DNA of 64,000 nt from Arenicellales bacterium. GTDB taxonomy: Bacteria; Pseudomonadota; Gammaproteobacteria; Arenicellales; UBA868. Positions 58,987-64,000 of the stretch are shown here, in pieces (the stretch's first letter is position 1; the number at the start of each line of letters is the position of its first letter). Where the stretch lies: the NCBI GenBank assembly GCA_030747115.1, contig JASLLH010000001.1, forward strand, positions 1,734 to 65,733, given 5' to 3'. The notes under the pieces are model-generated. The model worked only from the letters and a program-made list of their open reading frames with translations, made no database searches and was not told the origin of the DNA. Position numbers and translations under genes: made by a program.

Positions 58987-61278
58987 ATGAATAGGGAAAT
59001 CAAGGCGAGAATGATAGCAATATCGACAGCGTGGGTATTTGGATTCGGGCCGTTAGGTGCGTCAATTGCCGAGGCTGAAGACTACACCTTTGTAAATGAC
59101 AAGGAAGCTATCGCAGATCTTGTCGAGGTCAAAGCGCTTGAAGACGCGAAGAATCTGACTAAGTCCGAGGTCGAGGAACAAAACCTCGCGTTAGAGGACG
59201 ACCAATTTATTGTGGTTACCTACAAGAATCTCGCGGCATGGATCACGTCGTCATCGGATTTTTCTCCCAAGATCGACGGTAAAAACAAAGCACAGAAGAA
59301 AGGATTAGAGCAGCTTTCCACTCTTGCGACAAAGGCAGGATTGGTCTTAGCAATAAAGAAAGTCAATGATGAAGAAGGAAAGCCATTTACAGAAAAGGAA
59401 ATAGCGACGTTGTCGGAAGAGGCGTTGGATCGGCTTGAGGAGGTGCTCGCATCCTCAGATGGACTACGGCGAATCAATGAGCGCGTGGATCGTGATGGTA
59501 TTTTTTCCAACAACCAGTTCGTTGTTGCTGATTACTATTTGCGCATCAGCAAGGAGGCAATCCTTGAAGAGATCCAGCCATCTCCAATTGTTCTGACTTT
59601 CGAAGTGCCCGAGATAGATGTGTCGCAATTCTCGAGCGATACGCATTACGTTGCTCGCTTCGTGGATGTAGAAGTCCCGATCATGAAAACCAAAGGAGAA
59701 GGCGAAGCTCAGTGGGCGAAGGGTTTCGAAGAGGCCATTTTTGCGATCTCAAAAGAGGCTTTTGCGAAAGCGGTGGTTGCTGTCAATAAAGGACTTCGGT
59801 ACCCGCAACAAAAAGCTGCGATTGATCAACTAATCGCAGACTACACGGCTTCAGGGCAGGACAAATACCGACTGATTGCCAAAGACTACGAGGTCAAGAA
59901 AAAGGAGGTTTGGCCAAAAGGTAGCCTCCGTCCTAGAAACAGTCAGGATGTCCTTAAGGTATCTGCCTTTTTCTATTTCGATCGGGAAAAGATTAAGAGT
60001 CTTGTAATCCCGCCCAAGAGAGCTATCGCCCTCGATGCTGGTAGTGATCGTGTCGTTGAGGCAGCTCCACTTGCGAGTGAGGGGCTCTTTGTAGGTGTTT
60101 ACAAGGATTACACCATTGAGGTACCGGATGATCTGGAAACTAAAGCAAAGGCACGTCAGAGCGCTCTCGATGACGCGGTGTCGGCGTTTAAACGTACAGC
60201 CCTAAAAGAAGCGGCAAACGAAATCGCGCGGCGTCTTTCCCAACCCACCAATGAGGGGGAGATTGCAAAGGTTCTTGGGAACGCGTTCAAGCAGGATAAA
60301 CGTTTCATACTAGAGTTCGGCTGGGTGACTCAGCCATCAGTTTTAACCCGGGGCAACTACAGTACCGCTCCGGAGACGCTCAAACTCTCCGCGTATGTCA
60401 CGGTTGACCAGTCGGCGCTCCAGGATCTACTTATTGCTGAGAAGATTATTACGATCGTGGGTAAGTACCGCACCTACGTCGAGCTCTTCTGGAATGTCCC
60501 GGACAAGGATATCAATCCGGAGGTCGTGCAAACGCTGCTCGCTACAGTGGAAGATGGGCTGCGCTATGAAGGCTATGAAGTGGTTGAGTTTGAACGCATC
60601 AAAGGTGACCTTGTTACTCTCTTGAAGAATGACGACTCAGCCCAGGATCTGTACTCATCAGATGAACGGATTCGTTTTAAAGCAAATCTCGCACTGCGAA
60701 ATATCGATTCGCGTTTCGAGAATGGCAAGAGAATCCTTGCGGACTATGCGGACCTGGTCTTTGGCGTCACCATTAACTCACTCGAGGTCGTGGGTAACCG
60801 GGTCAATGTCAGAGTCACTTTAGACGCTACATTCTTCTCGCAGGGAGAGTGGATGAAGCTCGCGAGCTTCGACAGCGCCCTTCAGGTTCCGTATGTAGAA
60901 GGCAGTAAAGACCACCTCATCGGTGTCGTGAAAAAAGCCGGGATCAATGCGCTTGCGGGGATCAAAACCAAAGTCCAGTCGCAGCTGGCACTTCGCAAGG
61001 ATCGTGAAGAGTTAAACCTGACACAAGACCGGGAGTTCACGCTGGTTTTCGCTGGCATGGATAAGCAACAGTTCGGCAAAGTCAAGAAACGCCTCAGCAA
61101 AGGAAGCAAGTGGGCGTACAAGCGGGCCGACTTTAAATCGCGGTCAATTTACGTTGCCTATGTTGGAAATATCGACTCGCTTGCCGACATGGTGCAGATG
61201 TATCTTGAGGGAGCTGATCTTGATCCGGGAATGGGAGAGTACGCGAGTGGTGTTAACCGTATTCTCTTCGGTGAGTAA
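58987..61278 (+). CDS. Secreted 763-aa protein with three LPP20-like modules, unknown function (island gene F)
   Basis: RBS aaggaag. The signal peptide is MIAISTAWVFGFGPLGASIAEA/EDY. Internal three-fold repeat architecture is described in the findings. Confidence 0.65.
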   Translation: MNREIKARMIAISTAWVFGFGPLGASIAEAEDYTFVNDKEAIADLVEVKALEDAKNLTKSEVEEQNLALEDDQFIVVTYKNLAAWITSSSDFSPKIDGKNKAQKKGLEQLSTLATKAGLVLAIKKVNDEEGKPFTEKEIATLSEEALDRLEEVLASSDGLRRINERVDRDGIFSNNQFVVADYYLRISKEAILEEIQPSPIVLTFEVPEIDVSQFSSDTHYVARFVDVEVPIMKTKGEGEAQWAKGFEEAIFAISKEAFAKAVVAVNKGLRYPQQKAAIDQLIADYTASGQDKYRLIAKDYEVKKKEVWPKGSLRPRNSQDVLKVSAFFYFDREKIKSLVIPPKRAIALDAGSDRVVEAAPLASEGLFVGVYKDYTIEVPDDLETKAKARQSALDDAVSAFKRTALKEAANEIARRLSQPTNEGEIAKVLGNAFKQDKRFILEFGWVTQPSVLTRGNYSTAPETLKLSAYVTVDQSALQDLLIAEKIITIVGKYRTYVELFWNVPDKDINPEVVQTLLATVEDGLRYEGYEVVEFERIKGDLVTLLKNDDSAQDLYSSDERIRFKANLALRNIDSRFENGKRILADYADLVFGVTINSLEVVGNRVNVRVTLDATFFSQGEWMKLASFDSALQVPYVEGSKDHLIGVVKKAGINALAGIKTKVQSQLALRKDREELNLTQDREFTLVFAGMDKQQFGKVKKRLSKGSKWAYKRADFKSRSIYVAYVGNIDSLADMVQMYLEGADLDPGMGEYASGVNRILFGE

Positions 61279-61284
61279 CCAGCC

Positions 61285-63390
61285 ATGAAAACCATATTGA
61301 AAGCCATTTACTCGGCATGCCTACTGCTGTTGCTCGGCATTGGTGCCGCCAATGCCTCGTCGATACTGGTGATTGGTGCCGACGCCAAGATCACAACTCA
61401 GCTTAATCGACTGGTGCCGACAGCGCTAGAGCCCCTGACAACGAAAATCCGAGTAGATAACGGGAAGGGGCTCGTTACCACGGACGAGGGCACTGAGATA
61501 AGAAGTGAATCGTTGTTCACTTCTGATATCGCCAGAAGTCAGGCGGCGCTTGAGGACTTAAGCACTGAGTATGCGCCGAAGTTCCTGCTGGTGGGATGGG
61601 TTGCGGATGAGAAAACTCAGGAGTATGCAAGCTATGGCCTGGAACTCATTGAAGTCACCCTTGAGGTTCGTCTTATTGATGTCATTCGCGGAAAGTCCGT
61701 TTACGAAACGACGGTTCGGCATGGGACCGAATTTTCAACCAAAGAGATAGATGAAGCGTTTCGACAAAAAGTGATCGCGGCTGCGCTTGGCAAACTGGAT
61801 AACGAAGTGCTTTCCTCTGCATTGGAAAGCTACATTGCCAGTGAGCAGGGCATTCAGAATCGTCTCAGGGTCGTGATTGCTGGCCTAGATCAGGAGAACT
61901 ACTTCGACCTTCGGGATCTCATTCTTGATGCAGTCACCCGTGTCGGTGTGCTTGAGGAGGCGAGAGTCAGTTACTCGCAGACGTCTGGCGAGGCAACGGT
62001 AAGGATAGTGACAGCAAAAGGGGTCGCGGAGTTTTACCGTGGGCTTTACGCCTCTTTTAATGCGGTGCAAGAGATTGGTGGATTTGAAACCTTTCGAGAG
62101 GGTTCAAGTATCAACCTTACTCTGCAGCCGCTTGCGCGTCGAATCATCTCGATCAAGACCCTTTCCCCGAAAGATTATGGATCGCTGGGTCGGTATCTTG
62201 TATCGATTGTGAGTGACGCGCCCGGCGTTAGCGATGTAGCCCAATCGTATTCAGAAAAAGACCAGACCCTGGTGATTGAGTTTGTGCTCAAGGGTAAATC
62301 ACTCTACGCGGTTGATGGCGTTGTCTGGAGTGCAATTGTTGAAGATGTTCGCTTTAAAGATTTTGCCATGGGCAAGATCGACCAGAGGGAGATTGAGTAT
62401 TTCTTCAGTGGCAGGGAAGGGGCTGCGAACAGTGATGTCATCGTCACTCTCGCGGATGTCAGTAGCGAAGAGTACAAGAAGGTCGCAACGGCATTTTCCG
62501 ATCTCATCAGCCAGATTGAAGGCGTTCGGGACCTTCGGTACCGGTATGACTATGAGAAGAAGGCGGTCGTGTATCGGTTTAAGTACGAGGGCGAAGGCAT
62601 CCATAGTCTTGACGATGCGATCGTGCGAGGGATGCTTCCCGTTGAGATCTTTCAGCACACCGGCAAGGGACCTGAGCGGATCGGTCATCTGACCTATGTG
62701 TTTAGCAGTTCTGTCGAAGAAGCGGAAGTGCGAGCGAGTCAGAAACAGAATCAAGTGATTGCAGGAAGCGTTGCTGGGGCCCCAGATCTCGCAGCTCTTG
62801 ATCACTCGGTGATCTATATCTATAGCGAAGGCGAGGTAGGGGCGTCAGAAGGGACCGGATTCTTCGTGAGCGAATCGGGATACTTTCTGACCAATGCGCA
62901 CATTATCAAGGGCCCTAACAACTATGTAGCAACTTTCAGTGGCAATGAATATCGGGCAAACCTGATCCAGGTTGATACCAACCTTGACCTGGCGCTGCTA
63001 CGAATTGTGACCAATGTCGATGTCTTCTCCCCCGTGAAAATCGGTGATAGCAACGCGGTCCAAAGAGGTGACGCAATAGTGGTTATCGGCAACCCGGACG
63101 GGGGTCGATTTGCGCATAGCGTGCTCTCAGGGATAGTCAGTGGCGCCAACCGTGAATTGGGCCTGCTTCAGTTGTCCGTGACGACTTACGGAGGCATTAG
63201 TGGTGCTCCAGTATTTAACAACATTGGCGAGGTAATCGGAGTGATGGTGTCCGTTCCTCAAACAAAGATCGATACCAAGATGACCGTAGGCAACGAAACA
63301 ATAAACGTCCCGATGGTGAGCCAGATGAATGAATTTGGTTTTGCGATCCCGATCAATCACGCCAAAGGACTGCTACAACTCACACACTGA
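61285..63390 (+). CDS. Secreted protein: about 500-aa repeat-containing N-terminal region fused to a trypsin-like (S1/S1C) serine protease domain (island gene G)
   Basis: 701 aa. The signal peptide is ACLLLLLGIGAANA/SS. The protease core runs GTGFFVSESGYFLTNAHII (His539, codon 62899-62901), LDLALLRI (Asp568) and GGISGAPVF (Ser639). No PDZ domain follows. Confidence 0.75.
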   Translation: MKTILKAIYSACLLLLLGIGAANASSILVIGADAKITTQLNRLVPTALEPLTTKIRVDNGKGLVTTDEGTEIRSESLFTSDIARSQAALEDLSTEYAPKFLLVGWVADEKTQEYASYGLELIEVTLEVRLIDVIRGKSVYETTVRHGTEFSTKEIDEAFRQKVIAAALGKLDNEVLSSALESYIASEQGIQNRLRVVIAGLDQENYFDLRDLILDAVTRVGVLEEARVSYSQTSGEATVRIVTAKGVAEFYRGLYASFNAVQEIGGFETFREGSSINLTLQPLARRIISIKTLSPKDYGSLGRYLVSIVSDAPGVSDVAQSYSEKDQTLVIEFVLKGKSLYAVDGVVWSAIVEDVRFKDFAMGKIDQREIEYFFSGREGAANSDVIVTLADVSSEEYKKVATAFSDLISQIEGVRDLRYRYDYEKKAVVYRFKYEGEGIHSLDDAIVRGMLPVEIFQHTGKGPERIGHLTYVFSSSVEEAEVRASQKQNQVIAGSVAGAPDLAALDHSVIYIYSEGEVGASEGTGFFVSESGYFLTNAHIIKGPNNYVATFSGNEYRANLIQVDTNLDLALLRIVTNVDVFSPVKIGDSNAVQRGDAIVVIGNPDGGRFAHSVLSGIVSGANRELGLLQLSVTTYGGISGAPVFNNIGEVIGVMVSVPQTKIDTKMTVGNETINVPMVSQMNEFGFAIPINHAKGLLQLTH

Positions 63391-63413
63391 TGTAAGGGAC
63401 CCGGGCCACGGTT

Positions 63414-63542
63414 ATGGACGGACAGGAACTCTTCACTGCCCTAAGCAGGGAGGTGCAACTCAATGCTGATCAGATTCCTGAATACGGTGATATCCGTAAA
63501 GCCGGCCATGACGGCGGGGATTTTCTGTTTGTAAGACAATGA
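63414..63542 (+). CDS. Candidate 42-aa small ORF translationally coupled to the next gene
   Basis: My translation is MDGQELFTALSREVQLNADQIPEYGDIRKAGHDGGDFLFVRQ-stop. Its TGA overlaps the ATG of the downstream gene (ATGA at 63539-63542). It is below the ORF-track length cutoff and has a weak RBS. Confidence 0.25.
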   Translation: MDGQELFTALSREVQLNADQIPEYGDIRKAGHDGGDFLFVRQ

Positions 63543-64000
63543 AAGTTTTAGGAAAACGAGTCAGGTCGGTTCGAGCCCTCTGCGTAGTTACCGCATTGGG
63601 AATCTCTAGCGCTTTTCCAAGCCTCTTATTCGCTGACGAGCTGATTGAGTACCGGCCTCTATTTAAAAGAGGTACTTCGGCTGACAAGGGCTACTGCTAC
63701 GGGGCATTGAAAGACCCATCCCGATGGCATGATGGGGATCCCCAGAAACAGATTGGTCTAGAGCACTGTTGGGATTTCATGAGTGTTGATGGTAAGTATT
63801 GGACGGGACGCCCTCTTTCTTCCGATAAGAAGGAACATCAGCTTGGCCATTACTGGGTCTACTCCTTACAGGCTTATCTTGGTGACTACAACGCGACGTA
63901 CTACATCGCGCGGGAGGCGCGCGTCGGGCGCCTGAGTGATGGGGACCTAGACAAAGCGGTCGAGTTAACAAAAAAATTAGCCAAAAGAGGTCATACAAAA
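63539..64000 (+). CDS. Secreted protein, partial (runs off the window end), possibly entering Sel1/TPR-like helical repeats (island gene H)
   Basis: My translation stays open from the ATG at 63539 to the window end (154 codons): MKVLGKRVRSVRALCVVTALGISSAFPSLLFA/DELIEY...HYWVYSLQAYLGDYNATYYIAREARVGRLSDGDLDKAVELTKKLAKRGHTK. It has a clear signal peptide. Confidence 0.55.
   Translation, partial: MKVLGKRVRSVRALCVVTALGISSAFPSLLFADELIEYRPLFKRGTSADKGYCYGALKDPSRWHDGDPQKQIGLEHCWDFMSVDGKYWTGRPLSSDKKEHQLGHYWVYSLQAYLGDYNATYYIAREARVGRLSDGDLDKAVELTKKLAKRGHTK

Larger units (their letters stand above)
51300..64000. other. Lower-GC genomic island (left edge about 51.3 kb; right edge beyond the window)
   Basis: Hand counts of G+C on single 60-nt lines give 25/60 for 55201-55260 and 30/60 for 59221-59280, against 39/60 for core line 20401-20460. 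The shift begins just after the truncated ligase remnant. I recognised no mobility gene. Confidence 0.6.

Noticed and set aside
1-64000. Search by eye for CRISPR arrays, rRNA, tRNA, IS elements or inverted-repeat termini, integrases and toxin-antitoxin pairs
   Set aside because: I found no regularly spaced direct repeats, no rRNA- or tRNA-like structures, and no transposase or integrase motifs (DDE, or R-H-R-Y contexts) in any listed ORF. The absence is by visual inspection only.

Overview
High-GC bacterial chromosome segment, probably proteobacterial, judged from gene content and dapA-purC synteny. All family assignments come from motifs I recognised in the translations. No database search was run.

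Positions 1 to about 51.1 kb hold densely packed housekeeping genes on both strands:
- a partial DMT transporter, then a class IV aminotransferase with Ddl
- a PhnS2/Fe3+-type ABC importer with a strong intrinsic terminator after the binding-protein gene
- a GloA-like VOC protein, a CX5R phosphatase, a HAD hydrolase, a GMC (choline-dehydrogenase-like) oxidoreductase, a Nudix hydrolase, AvtA, Prc and MtnA
- a propionate/methylmalonyl-CoA block (crotonase, PrpE, B12-dependent mutase, carboxyltransferase, MOSC), an acyl-CoA ligase and a MaoC dehydratase
- a glycosyltransferase / atypical ABC exporter cluster at 25.8-34.4 kb
- LdcA, DapA, PurC, PurL, ETF-QO, an SDR, an SLC13 permease, PutA, an M24 peptidase and a second VOC protein

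At 51.08-51.96 kb there is a truncated acyl-CoA synthetase 3-prime remnant followed by frame-broken DNA. Composition then drops: hand counts give 25/60 and 30/60 G+C on two island lines, against 39/60 on a core line.

From 51.96 kb to the window end runs one co-directional, tightly coupled operon whose products all carry a signal peptide or TM segment:
- a small polytopic membrane protein and a secreted SH3-like protein
- an M48 metalloprotease with a long Q/S/G linker
- a TM-anchored TPR protein
- a DUF4384-type protein
- a 763-aa protein with LPP20-like repeats
- a 701-aa repeat protein fused to a trypsin-like protease
- a 42-aa small ORF and a partial secreted protein

This island is my best candidate for an undescribed extracytoplasmic system. 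I recognised no rRNA, tRNA, CRISPR array, transposase or integrase.
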